Positions 19,906 to 29,237 of a stretch of DNA of 51,156 nucleotides are shown one piece after another (position 1 is the first letter of the stretch; every line of letters begins with the position of its first letter). A model generated the notes under the pieces. The model was not told the DNA's origin and ran no database searches. It saw only the letters and a list, made by a program, of their open reading frames with translations. Where the stretch lies: sequence record MK095606.1, one strand, 5' to 3'. The position numbers and the translations under genes were made by a program. This DNA is from Pantoea phage vB_PagS_AAS23.

Positions 19906-20586
19906 ATGTTTGGAGCAATGCTAACTGATGCTGCAGGGGTTCCATTTTACATAATGGATACACTTCCACTTTCACTTATTGATCACAGAGTTTACTCAAT
20001 AGGCGGCGGAGGCGCTGGCGTTAAGGTGGCTGATCTTTACGGTTCAAATCAGATGTATTTCACTTTTGTCAACTGCATATATGGTGATGCTCAAGGGGAT
20101 AGTAGCTCAGAAAACATTTTCTTTAATCCTTCAACTGGAATTTTTGAGCTTTGGGCATCTGGAGCAGCAAGAACTATACATGTGTATATTTTTGGTTTTA
20201 AGTACCAGAATCCATCTGGATATGGCCTGCAGGTCAATGACGCGCAAGGCCGATGCGTAATCACGCATGACACTAAGGTTTTAAGAAATGTTCAGAAGTT
20301 GGGAGATCAGAACAATCCTAACGCTTCCGGGGTTAACTTAAGGGCGGATCTTGGTGGAAATTGGGCCATTGCCCCGGCTGACATGGGCTACTTCGCTGGA
20401 GTTATAAACCAGGGCGGACAACCGATGCCGATAGTTTCAAGGTACGTTAGTTCAGCCAGGTTTGACGGTTCAACAACCAGGGTTAGGGTGGGTTTTTTTG
20501 GTAATAGCTCTGCTGGTTCTGGCGCAACAGGAACGCTAACCAACTACAGAAACACATTGACCGCTGTTGATGTAAACAACTACTAA
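19906..20586 (+). CDS. putative tail-associated/virion protein
   Basis: ORF in tail operon between J and fibre. Confidence 0.5.
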   Translation: MFGAMLTDAAGVPFYIMDTLPLSLIDHRVYSIGGGGAGVKVADLYGSNQMYFTFVNCIYGDAQGDSSSENIFFNPSTGIFELWASGAARTIHVYIFGFKYQNPSGYGLQVNDAQGRCVITHDTKVLRNVQKLGDQNNPNASGVNLRADLGGNWAIAPADMGYFAGVINQGGQPMPIVSRYVSSARFDGSTTRVRVGFFGNSSAGSGATGTLTNYRNTLTAVDVNNY

Positions 20587-20606
20587 CCCGCTTCGGCGGG
20601 TTTTTT
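20585..20606 (+). terminator. rho-independent terminator
   Basis: AACCCGC-TTCG-GCGGGTT-TTTT. Confidence 0.9.
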
Positions 20607-20670
20607 ATTGACTGAACTCTGATACAATGCTTCATGGCAAAACGCCTTTTAATCGTAAGGAAAATAAATC

Positions 20671-22224
20671 ATGGCAATTTATCGTAAAGGCACGGCTTCA
20701 GTTGACGCGGCAGGAAAAATGACAGGCACAGGAACCGAGTGGATGCAGGCTCTTTCTCTAATCCGCATCGGGGCGACTGTTATCTTTCTGAGCGGTTCAA
20801 AGCCTGTTCTGGGAAGCATTGCGGAAATTATTAGCGACACTGAAATGAATCTGATCGGCACAGACGGACAGGCGGCGACATCAGGCGAATATGTTATTTT
20901 GCTCAGTGACTCTTTGACGGTTGATGGACTTGCGCAGGACATAGCTGAGACGCTCAGATATTACCAGGGCAAAGAATCGGCTATTGATGGCCTGATAGAT
21001 AGCATTGAAGCTTATCTGAAGCGAGCAGAAGACAGCGCTGATGCTGCAGAGGCTAGCAGCCAAAGTTCATCAGAATCAGCATCTGAAGCTTCTCGCCAGG
21101 TGGTTTTGGCTGCTGAACAAGTTGGGTTGGCTGCTGATCAGGTTTCCGCAGCTAAGGTTCAAGCTGATTCTGCAGCCTCAAGCGCAGACTCTGCCCAGCA
21201 AAGCGCAAGCGCCGCAAAGACCAGCGAGACTAACGCAGCTCAGAAAGCTACTGATGCAGCAGCAAGCGCGAGTGCCGCAAAGACCAGCGAGACCAATGCG
21301 GCACAGAAGGCATCGGATGCAGCAGCAAGTGCCGCCGCCGCCAAGACCAGCGAGACCAATGCGGCAGCAACAATTTCAGTTGCAGCTCTTAAGTCACAAA
21401 ACCTTAACGATCTTGCTGATAAGGCATCTGGATGGACAAATCTACTAACTGCCAGAAGTGCAGTAACGGCTAGGTCTGATCTTGGATTGGGTAACTCGTC
21501 AACAAGAAATGTTGGATCTGCTTCTGGAACAGTTGCCGCTGGTGATGACTCAAGAATAGTTAATGCTGTTCAGCCTAACACCAACCCGTTTCTACTGGCT
21601 CTGGAGCTTTCATCGGATACGCCATACATTGATTTCCATTTTAACTCTACTACAGAAAACTATGACACAAGACTGATTAACAGCTCACCCGGCAACCTGG
21701 ACATTTTGGCAGGAGGTGGAAACGCTAACTTGAGAGTTTACGGGGGTTATCGCTGCAGAACAGGAACAGCAGGTTCTTTTGGTAATGCCTTTAACTATAA
21801 TTGGAATTCTGGATCTCAGATGGAGGTTTGGGTTGACGCGTCAAGGGTCGGGGCGATGTCGCTTGTTGCGGTTTCAGATAGAGGACTTAAAAAGGATATT
21901 GTCTACCAACAAGACGACAACAATGCGCTGGATGAGGTTATGCAGTGGAGGCCAGCGACATTTAAAATGAAAGAGCGTGGAATAATGCCAGAATCAAAAG
22001 AAATTCTTGGCTTCATTGCAAATGACATTAAAGACATATCTCCACAATGCGTTGAAGGTAAGGGACTACCTGATGATTACAGCGCAGAAGATGACCCAAA
22101 TAATCCTGATGCATTTTATCTTAATGATGTATCAATGATTGCAAAATTGACACAAGCAATCCATGCACAACAAAAAATGATAGAAAATCTCACATCAGAA
22201 CTAAATGAATTAAAAGGAGAATAA
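20671..22224 (+). CDS. tail fibre with C-terminal S74-type intramolecular chaperone
   Basis: Ala/Ser coiled-coil repeats and 'SDRGLKKDIVYQ...MQWRPATFKMK...LGFIANDIKDISPQCV...LNDVSMIAKLTQAIHAQQKMIENL'. Confidence 0.9.
   Translation: MAIYRKGTASVDAAGKMTGTGTEWMQALSLIRIGATVIFLSGSKPVLGSIAEIISDTEMNLIGTDGQAATSGEYVILLSDSLTVDGLAQDIAETLRYYQGKESAIDGLIDSIEAYLKRAEDSADAAEASSQSSSESASEASRQVVLAAEQVGLAADQVSAAKVQADSAASSADSAQQSASAAKTSETNAAQKATDAAASASAAKTSETNAAQKASDAAASAAAAKTSETNAAATISVAALKSQNLNDLADKASGWTNLLTARSAVTARSDLGLGNSSTRNVGSASGTVAAGDDSRIVNAVQPNTNPFLLALELSSDTPYIDFHFNSTTENYDTRLINSSPGNLDILAGGGNANLRVYGGYRCRTGTAGSFGNAFNYNWNSGSQMEVWVDASRVGAMSLVAVSDRGLKKDIVYQQDDNNALDEVMQWRPATFKMKERGIMPESKEILGFIANDIKDISPQCVEGKGLPDDYSAEDDPNNPDAFYLNDVSMIAKLTQAIHAQQKMIENLTSELNELKGE
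21211..21384 (+). repeat. 63-nt (21-aa) tandem coding repeats in tail fibre
   Basis: GCCGCAAAGACCAGCGAGAC repeats with starts at 21211, 21274 and 21337. Confidence 0.9.
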
Positions 22225-22252
22225 AATAAAGGAGCCGAAAGGCTCCTTTATT
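22225..22252. terminator. bidirectional terminator between convergent fibre and SSB operons
   Basis: AATAAAGGAGCC-GAAA-GGCTCCTTTATT. Confidence 0.85.
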
Positions 22253-22271
22253 ATTGGGTGAGTTACTGGTG

Positions 22272-22296
22272 AAAAAAAAGGGCCATATGGCCCTTT
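22272..22296 (-). terminator. terminator for SSB operon
   Basis: minus strand AAAGGGCC-ATAT-GGCCCTTTTTTTT. Confidence 0.85.
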
Positions 22297-22298
22297 AA

Positions 22299-22745
22299 TC
22301 AGAATGGGATATCGTCGTCGAAATTCATTGGTGGTTCGTTTGATGCTGGTCGAGAGTTTTGCTGGTTATTTTGTGGCTTTGGCTGTTGAGGTTGGCCCCA
22401 ACCATTACCTGCAGCGCCGCCTTGCTGCTGACCATCTCCGCCACCAAACTGGCTGAAAACCAGGTTTGCAAATCCTGCTGGCTGAATGCTGTTGTAAGTG
22501 GTTCCGTTATGCTCACGGCTGACAATCTTAGCCTGATCAAAGCTGATTGACACAACCTTGCCAACCTGCAGGGCGTCTGCATACCACTTTTGCAGGCCTG
22601 GCGTTTTGGCGTTTAAGAAGAAAGTGTAATTTGTATATTCGCGAACGTTTTCTTTATTCTTGAATGACTCAGCAAGCTCAAGAATGAAAAGAGTCTCGTT
22701 GTGAATGCGTGGTGCTTTGCGGATCTCTGCCGTTACAATGTGCAT
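22299..22745 (-). CDS. ssb: single-stranded DNA-binding protein
   Basis: Gln/Pro/Gly-rich linker and acidic C-terminal tip 'FDDDIPF'. Confidence 0.85.
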   Translation of the reverse strand: MHIVTAEIRKAPRIHNETLFILELAESFKNKENVREYTNYTFFLNAKTPGLQKWYADALQVGKVVSISFDQAKIVSREHNGTTYNSIQPAGFANLVFSQFGGGDGQQQGGAAGNGWGQPQQPKPQNNQQNSRPASNEPPMNFDDDIPF

Positions 22746-22791
22746 CTTGTTCTCCAGTTAAATTAAATGGGGCAATTAAGCCCCATGTTTG

Positions 22792-23478
22792 TTATTCAAA
22801 GTTCTCAATAGGTGTTGCTTCTGATTGCTCAGATTGTACAGATTGAGTGCGCTGTGTTGCAACCTCATCTTTTACTTTCGCAACATCTTTAAGTTGTGGC
22901 AGTTTAAATCCGCCGCCGTTTGGTGCTGATTCGGCCTCAAACTTAGCCTTACGCTCTTCGTAATGGCTCTGAACCACGGCGCGATTTGCAGCGTCCAGAT
23001 TCTTCCATGCATCTTTAAAGCAGGACTGCAAGCTATCTTTGTCCTCGCACTTGTCAAGCTTCTTGTTCCAATCGCGAGCGGTTAACACGGAACGCTCAGC
23101 ATCGTCATCAGCCTGACTAAGGCCGAAGCACGCAGCAAGGGAGTAACGACGCGAATACGTGAAGGCGGAACCGGCACCTTGAGCATCTTGCTTAGCGACA
23201 GGCATCACGTTAAGAAATGAGACAAACTGCCCTGACTCATGGCGAACGGTGGTGATCACCCGCAAAGTATCACGCGTTGTTGATTCGTCCATTGACTGCT
23301 CAATATACAAGCCGTTATCAAACAGCGGCTCGCTGATTGTGTCCAGCACAGAGTCAAGAGTTGCGTATGAGTTCTTAAGATGGCTGTTTACGCGATCCTT
23401 TAGAACTTTAACGAACATCTTACGGGCGGCGAAAATTGCCGGGTAAACAAGATCGGTTTGCTTAGACTCACGATACAT
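22792..23478 (-). CDS. erf: ERF-family ssDNA annealing recombinase
   Basis: 'GLYIEQSMDESTTRDTLRVITTVRHESGQFV...GSAFTYSRRYSLAACFGLSQADDDAE'. Confidence 0.85.
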   Translation of the reverse strand: MYRESKQTDLVYPAIFAARKMFVKVLKDRVNSHLKNSYATLDSVLDTISEPLFDNGLYIEQSMDESTTRDTLRVITTVRHESGQFVSFLNVMPVAKQDAQGAGSAFTYSRRYSLAACFGLSQADDDAERSVLTARDWNKKLDKCEDKDSLQSCFKDAWKNLDAANRAVVQSHYEERKAKFEAESAPNGGGFKLPQLKDVAKVKDEVATQRTQSVQSEQSEATPIENFE

Positions 23479-23533
23479 TTAAAATCTCCTGTTGTTGAGT
23501 GGTCATATTAACATAATGACCACTTAATTTTTA

Positions 23534-24580
23534 TCAATTAGTGCTTTCCGCAAAGATGTCTTTATTCTGGAACTTCACAAACTCAGGAACAGGAAGCTCA
23601 ACGCGCGGGCTGTTGTTCTCATATGAAGGCCAGATGTTTCTATCCTGGCACGTATTATACTGATGAATAACGCTGGTGTACTGCTTGCGTCCCAGAGCCA
23701 ATTGCGGAGGCGTCATTGTAAATGCCAGGGGTAAGAACGGTTCTTTTTTCTCCTGGGCCAGTAACTGAACGATGATTGGACACGTTTCAGAAAATGCCGC
23801 TTTAAAAAGATCTCTCTGCAGCGCCATTTTAAGATAGTAACCTAAGTTGTATGCGTGCTTACCAAATTCAGATGGTTTAACGCTCTGCGTGGTCTTGTAA
23901 TCGGTTATCACAACAACCTCATCATAATGCACGTCATTAATTACCACGTCATGCAGCTTATCTACGTGGTCAATACGGACCTTAACTTTTACGCCAAAAA
24001 TCACACCGAAGATTGAAATCTCTCGTTGAGCGGTTTTGCTCTCCAGGATCTGAGCGTACTCAGGAATGTTAAGCAGCGTTGCCCGCATGGCTATGCACTT
24101 ATCGTAGTCCTCAGCCTTGACGATCTCAACCTTGTCTGCGAACGCCTGAGACTCTTGAATCATCTCCATCAGCCAAATTACATTCAGGTCAAGTTCATTG
24201 GCTACCATCATTCTAATCAGATCGGGATACGTTTTGTTTGAAGTACCGGTCAGGCCGCAAACGTTTTTAAGATGCGAGGCCAGAGCTGCCTGGCTGGTAA
24301 AAATATTCTTTACCTCTTGCGCCAGGATTCCACGGCGATAAGTCGCATTGAATCGCTCGATCTCCAGCATGATGGTATGTGACTGAGTGCCAAACTCAAG
24401 AGCTGCTGATGGCTCTCTGACGGAGAACTTCCACGCTGCCGGACAGGTGGCGTAAATGTCAGCCAGGCTTGATCCTGAAACGTACTCAGCACACCATGAA
24501 TCTTTGTCATGATAATCATCGTTGCTTAGCTGTTCGTTGGTATACACCATGAATTGTGGTTTTTCGGTTGTCATTGCCAT
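23534..24580 (-). CDS. RecE/Cas4-like PD-(D/E)XK exonuclease (DUF3799-like)
   Basis: 'SGSSLADIYATCPAAWKF...ALEFGTQSHTIMLE...VKVRIDHV...DYKTTQSVKPSEFGKHAYNLGYYLK'. Confidence 0.85.
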   Translation of the reverse strand: MAMTTEKPQFMVYTNEQLSNDDYHDKDSWCAEYVSGSSLADIYATCPAAWKFSVREPSAALEFGTQSHTIMLEIERFNATYRRGILAQEVKNIFTSQAALASHLKNVCGLTGTSNKTYPDLIRMMVANELDLNVIWLMEMIQESQAFADKVEIVKAEDYDKCIAMRATLLNIPEYAQILESKTAQREISIFGVIFGVKVKVRIDHVDKLHDVVINDVHYDEVVVITDYKTTQSVKPSEFGKHAYNLGYYLKMALQRDLFKAAFSETCPIIVQLLAQEKKEPFLPLAFTMTPPQLALGRKQYTSVIHQYNTCQDRNIWPSYENNSPRVELPVPEFVKFQNKDIFAESTN

Positions 24581-24599
24581 TTCTCCGTATTGGTTTGTG

Positions 24600-25175
24600 T
24601 GGTCGATTCTATAGGGTTAAAAGCAACCTCGCAAGCGTTTTATATGATTCGTTATATTATTTATATTGAAAAGTGCGTCAGTTATATTACCGCAGTTTTG
24701 ATATATATTATTTGATTAATTTCCATTAAATTCAGTGACTTATGAAAGTTATATTATTTTTGCGGTAGATTTTGCATATACCCCTATATGTATACAGCTT
24801 AAAAGTGCGTGTTTTTGTGTGCTTTTTAACCATTTCACATGAAATGCATCAGATATGTATGCCACCCAACAAAAACCTACAGCAAATCCAATATAACAGG
24901 AATATAGATTAGAGACACATACACAACAACTATAATAAAATTAGGTACTTATAGTGATATTTTAATATATATAACCCGCGTAAATATATATTATTTTTGC
25001 GGCATGAGATTTACCGCACTTTTGATATAACTTTTATCTGATGCGAAAACACATGATTTTATTGGCTTTTTTATTTTAAATATATACCCATACAAAATGC
25101 AGCTTTTACGAAATGTTGCCGCACTTTTCAATATAAAAAACATATACACCAATACAAAACGTAAAATTCAGGCGT
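24600..25175. repeat. AT-rich noncoding region with dispersed CCGCA/TTTTGCGG repeats
   Basis: Copies near 24665-24681, 24687-24706, 24741-24790, 24989-25030 and 25116-25135; no supported ORF. Confidence 0.75.
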
Positions 25176-25198
25176 AAAAAAACCCGCCGCAGCGGGTT
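25176..25198 (-). terminator. terminator for primase gene
   Basis: minus strand AACCCGC-TGCG-GCGGGTT-TTTTT. Confidence 0.88.
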
Positions 25199-26147
25199 AA
25201 TTTTGATGCTGGTTTTTTAGCAGGTCTTCAGGCTGGTAAAGCTTTCTCTCCATGCCTGACTTGAATCCTCCAGGTTTGGGGATTATCACCTTTAATTGAC
25301 GATCATCTGCCATGTAAATCGTCTCGGTATCATCCGGCCTGCAAGCCACGCGCATCTCCCTTGAACCTTTATATCGGTAGGCGACTATCTCAAGGTTTGA
25401 AGGGCTGAAGCAGGTCCATACCTCCTGGCCTGTAGCAATGTGAACGTGCTGAGCATCCACCCAATCAACCACGAGATAGATTGCCTTATCACCCTGACCG
25501 GTAACAACAACTGACCCATACGTGATCCGCTTTCCGTAAAATGACTGCTGTCCGGAATCCTCATCTATAAGCAGCAGGTTTACCGCCTCTTCCATTTCTG
25601 GGCCATCGCCGCCAACCAGCCTGCACGGCTCAACATGAATTAGCTTCTCAGAGCCATCAGGAAGAGTTGAAACCCCAACCCGGTATGATTCACCATTTAA
25701 TCCCTCGTATCGCGTCAGCTTTGATTGTGCGCGCTCCAGAGTGCGTGATAGAACAAATCCGCACTTTTCTGGATCAACTGCAGCACTGAAGGAATATCCC
25801 GGATCACTTGATGCGATCCTGTTCTTCTTTATGACGTACTCTTGCGGCTGCTTTCCAAGGTATCGCCCAATGATGTTAACGCACTCACTGTAAGGCTCAC
25901 CGGTCAGCTTCATAAGCCAGCCAATTCCGTCACTGTTCCCACATGCGTTACACACCGCTCCGCCGTCGCCAGGTTCGTTGATCTTGTCAGTCCATCTGAA
26001 GCGGTCCTTTCCTCCGCAGCTTGGGCAAGGTTGATGCTTCTTGTTGAATGTCTCAGGCCGAAGCCCGCAAACATCCCGAAGGATGTCAGGCCAAAGCCCT
26101 TTGGTGAAAGGCATCACATCATCTTTCTGGTAAAAAATTGGCTGCAT
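25197..26147 (-). CDS. zinc-finger primase-like protein (P4 alpha N-terminal type)
   Basis: 'PCPSCGGKDRFRW...GGAVCNACGNSDGIGWLMKL' CxxC zinc ribbon. Confidence 0.8.
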   Translation of the reverse strand: MQPIFYQKDDVMPFTKGLWPDILRDVCGLRPETFNKKHQPCPSCGGKDRFRWTDKINEPGDGGAVCNACGNSDGIGWLMKLTGEPYSECVNIIGRYLGKQPQEYVIKKNRIASSDPGYSFSAAVDPEKCGFVLSRTLERAQSKLTRYEGLNGESYRVGVSTLPDGSEKLIHVEPCRLVGGDGPEMEEAVNLLLIDEDSGQQSFYGKRITYGSVVVTGQGDKAIYLVVDWVDAQHVHIATGQEVWTCFSPSNLEIVAYRYKGSREMRVACRPDDTETIYMADDRQLKVIIPKPGGFKSGMERKLYQPEDLLKNQHQN

Positions 26148-26170
26148 GTTTGTGTCCTGATAAAAGAAAA

Positions 26171-26194
26171 GGCCCGATCATAATAGACCGAGCC
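26171..26194 (-). terminator. hairpin plus T tract after HTH regulator gene, with a TATTAT box in the loop
   Basis: minus strand GGCTCGGTC-TATTAT-GATCGGGCC-TTTTCTTTT. Confidence 0.7.
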
Positions 26195-26220
26195 TAAGTT
26201 TTGGTGATAATCAGAAAGTG

Positions 26221-26628
26221 CTATTTCACCATATCTTTACGATTGCAACGCTGGCTTACAGCTTTTCCGTTTGCATCGAACCGCAGATCTGGACGGCAGA
26301 AAGACGCGCGATACCCAGAAAAGCCGTTTCTGATATAGTCGCGATGAACACGGCGAGCACCCTCGGTAGAGATTCTTCCTCGCATAATCCAGGCGTTTAT
26401 GGTTTGCTTGCTCACCTTAAGCCGCCTGCCCATTTCCGCTTTTGTGCCGTAATAAGCAAGAACCGTTTGAAGCCGGTTAGCCAGGCTGGCTTTAACTTCG
26501 TCTTTAAGGATATCATAGCCGATGCATCTCTTGCGGGGCCGCTTGTCTGGTCCTCTCCGAGTTCCATTGTTGCCGTTTTTTGGACGCTTATCCGGCTCAC
26601 CTGTAGAAACTGCAATTCTCTCTGACAT
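26221..26628 (-). CDS. small HTH DNA-binding regulator (Cro/YdaS-like)
   Basis: 'TKAEMGRRLKVSKQTINAWIMRGRISTEGARRVHRDYI'; basic N-terminus; start reset to MSERIAVS. Confidence 0.75.
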   Translation of the reverse strand: MSERIAVSTGEPDKRPKNGNNGTRRGPDKRPRKRCIGYDILKDEVKASLANRLQTVLAYYGTKAEMGRRLKVSKQTINAWIMRGRISTEGARRVHRDYIRNGFSGYRASFCRPDLRFDANGKAVSQRCNRKDMVK

Positions 26629-26644
26629 TTCATAATCTCCAAAA

Positions 26645-26688
26645 TAGCACTTATTGTTAAAAGCCAATGTGTTGTAAAATGCTATTCT
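26645..26688 (+). promoter_or_regulatory. punctuation/operator-promoter module in divergent regulator-helicase interval
   Basis: TAGCACTTATTGTTAAAA followed by CTATTCT. Confidence 0.55.
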
Positions 26689-26725
26689 ATTCGAATTAAT
26701 GAGTAATGTTAAGGATTAATACCTG

Positions 26726-28759
26726 ATGACCATGAACATAAAAAAGCAAATCGCAGCTCTGGGTGAGGAATACATTAAACGCATTCAGGAGCGTTTCACC
26801 TTCGGCAGCATGACGCCCTATGAGTACCAGGTTGTCATGTACAACGAGATCGCAAAGCGAATTGCAAATTACGAGCACCCTTTCTATATAAAGGCTTCAG
26901 TTTCTGCAGGTAAAACCGTTGGGTTTGCGATGATCGCGGCTCAGGTGCAGGTCATGAAGTTGCAAATGTTAATCCTTGCTCGCCAGGCTGAAATCGTTCA
27001 GCAGGATAGCGAGGAGCTGACAAACTTTGGCGTAAAGAACTCCGTTTATTGCGCCGGTCTGAATATCAAGTCTGCATACTTCCCGATTGTTGTCGGATCA
27101 GAGGGTACAGTTGTCGGAGGGCTTAACAAAGCTCTTGCTGACTTTTGCCCGATGGTTTTGGGTATTGATGAGTGCCACCAGGTGGATTGGGAAGACCTGG
27201 CGGACGCTATTGAGAACAAAGAAAGCGTTGAGCAGATGATGCGAGGCAAAGACCAGCCTTACATGGTGAATGGTGAAGTCGTTCCGGCTGATTATAAGCC
27301 GCATGATTTCGACGTGGTTGTTAATGGAACCGGGCGGGGGCAGTACACCATAATTATTGTTGAGATGCAGAATCGTTGCCGCGCTAAGCATGGTCGAGAG
27401 CTGCGAATTTTCGGAATGACAGGATCTGAGTTTCGCGGCGTCGTCCCTATTCTCGTGGAAGACAAGAAATTTAAAGGATTCTGGCGCGAGCAGGTTACGG
27501 ACATCAACACCGCCTACCTTGTGGAGTTTGGCTCAGTCGTGCCAACTGTATTTGGTGGAACTGACGGACTGCAGTATGACCTTTCAGACTTTAAAGCCAG
27601 TGGCATTGACGGCACGGCAGACTTTGACGCTAAGCAAATGAAGGCGATGGAAAAGGCGATTCATGACGATCAGGACATGACTCGACAAATCATGCAGAAG
27701 GTTGCAGCCATGGCCCAGACCAGAAACGCTGTTCTCATAACATGCGCCGGACAGCGACACTGCAAGGAGGCAGCAGAAGCATTGCCACCAGGATCAACTT
27801 ACGCGATTATTACCGAGAAGACCGGAGCGAAACAACGGCAAAAAATTCTTGATGATGTCAGGGCCGGAAAGATCAAATACACATTCCAGGTCATGGCCCT
27901 TACCACTGGCGTTAACGTACCAAATTGGGATTTCAGTGTCATATTGCGCAAGATAGGAAGTTTGACGCTTCTGATTCAGTTGCTGGGTCGAGGAATGCGA
28001 CTGCTTAAGCAATGGCAGATTGACGCAGGGATGATTAAAAATGACCATCTGGTCTGGGATTTTGCCGGGACGATGGATGAGCTGGGTCAGCTTTACTTTG
28101 ATCCAATCCTGGAGCAGCAACAATTTCAGCAGCGTTTTAGCGGCAAGAAAGACCCGAAAAAATGCGAGTATTGCGGAACTATGAATAGCTTCTACGCTCG
28201 CCGATGCATGAACGTAAACTCAGCAGGTGAGCGTTGTGAGTTCTTCTGGAAGTTCAGAAAGTGCGAGGATCAGATAGACCAGCGCACGAAAAAAGTAACC
28301 GTAAAGGGTTGCGGCGCTAAGAATGATATCGTGGCCAGAATATGCCGCTGTTGCGACGTTTCTCTGGTTGATCCAAACGAAAAGCTAAACAATAAGGCTT
28401 ACACCAAAAACGACTGGTGCGATGTTATTGATTTTAAAGTTGGCCTGACAAAAAACCAGCGCGGGATCGTATACACATACCGGCTGAGAGATTCTGCTGG
28501 TGTTGAGTTTACGGCTTATGAGAGGTTCTTTCCTGAGTCGAAAGAGCAGATCTGCAAAACACTTTGGAGGAGTAAGGGCGTTGTGCCGCACGTTGCTGAC
28601 ACTCATGATAAGAATCGAATGGCAGTTACCAGAAACGCATTAAAGCTGATGGAGTACGCTCATTTAATAGCCGCCCCGCTGCGAGTTACGCACCGGAAAA
28701 ACATAAAGAAAGAAGACATAATTTCACGCAAGGATTTTGGAAATGAAACAGATTACTGA
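26726..28759 (+). CDS. DEAD/DEAH-type SF2 helicase with zinc ribbons
   Basis: 'ASVSAGKTVGFAMIAA', 'DECHQVD', 'LLGRGMRLLKQW', CxxC clusters near C-terminus. Confidence 0.9.
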   Translation: MTMNIKKQIAALGEEYIKRIQERFTFGSMTPYEYQVVMYNEIAKRIANYEHPFYIKASVSAGKTVGFAMIAAQVQVMKLQMLILARQAEIVQQDSEELTNFGVKNSVYCAGLNIKSAYFPIVVGSEGTVVGGLNKALADFCPMVLGIDECHQVDWEDLADAIENKESVEQMMRGKDQPYMVNGEVVPADYKPHDFDVVVNGTGRGQYTIIIVEMQNRCRAKHGRELRIFGMTGSEFRGVVPILVEDKKFKGFWREQVTDINTAYLVEFGSVVPTVFGGTDGLQYDLSDFKASGIDGTADFDAKQMKAMEKAIHDDQDMTRQIMQKVAAMAQTRNAVLITCAGQRHCKEAAEALPPGSTYAIITEKTGAKQRQKILDDVRAGKIKYTFQVMALTTGVNVPNWDFSVILRKIGSLTLLIQLLGRGMRLLKQWQIDAGMIKNDHLVWDFAGTMDELGQLYFDPILEQQQFQQRFSGKKDPKKCEYCGTMNSFYARRCMNVNSAGERCEFFWKFRKCEDQIDQRTKKVTVKGCGAKNDIVARICRCCDVSLVDPNEKLNNKAYTKNDWCDVIDFKVGLTKNQRGIVYTYRLRDSAGVEFTAYERFFPESKEQICKTLWRSKGVVPHVADTHDKNRMAVTRNALKLMEYAHLIAAPLRVTHRKNIKKEDIISRKDFGNETDY

Positions 28760-29174
28760 TAAAGGTGACTACCTTGAGTTTTACATGCCGGATAAGTCTG
28801 ATATCAGAAAGGAGTCACCACACCAGATAGAGGCTTATCAGCATTTAAAGCACAGATACCCAATGTGGCTGGCATGGCACACAAAAAACGAGGGTTTTAA
28901 AAGTTACAGGACTGCAGAGATTGACGATCAGGAGGGGTTGCTAAAGGGGGTGGTTGACATAGTCATCCTGACTGGTTTCCAGGGATGCAAGTACCCGTTT
29001 GCGGCAATAGAAATGAAGCGCGTAAACAAGAGTGGGCCTGGCAAGGCTTCACCGGTCAGCAAGGAGCAACGAGAGTTTCTTTCTCGCGTGCGTGCTCTTG
29101 GTGGATTCGCTGCAGTCGCTTACGGTTCGGATATGTGCAGGGCTGCGATTGAATACATGCTCTCGCAGCACTAA
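28743..29174 (+). CDS. VRR-NUC domain nuclease
   Basis: 'DIVILTGFQGCKYPFAAIEMKRVNKSGPGKASPVSKEQREFL'. Confidence 0.85.
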   Translation: MKQITDKGDYLEFYMPDKSDIRKESPHQIEAYQHLKHRYPMWLAWHTKNEGFKSYRTAEIDDQEGLLKGVVDIVILTGFQGCKYPFAAIEMKRVNKSGPGKASPVSKEQREFLSRVRALGGFAAVAYGSDMCRAAIEYMLSQH

Positions 29175-29208
29175 TTGCTAAAAATGCCCGGATGGATTCG
29201 GGTATATT
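29167..29208 (+). promoter_or_regulatory. punctuation module
   Basis: AGCACTAATTGCTAAAA...TATATT, 22 nt after TTGCTA; contains upstream TAA stop. Confidence 0.7.
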
Positions 29209-29237
29209 AAATCAACCCAAAAAGCCGGAGTCAGGAA

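Noticed and set aside
23534-24580. Cas4 and a CRISPR-related system
   Set aside because: The PD-(D/E)XK protein sits beside erf and ssb, so a recombination exonuclease is the simpler explanation.
26221-26628. Evidence for temperate lifestyle
   Set aside because: A lone HTH regulator is not enough; no integrase, excisionase, attachment site or plasmid-partition gene was found.
29167-29208. Ordinary sigma70 promoters with TTGCTA as the -35 box
   Set aside because: Spacing to TATTAT is about 22 nt in nearly all modules; 17 +/- 1 would be expected, so TTGCTA is more likely part of an operator.
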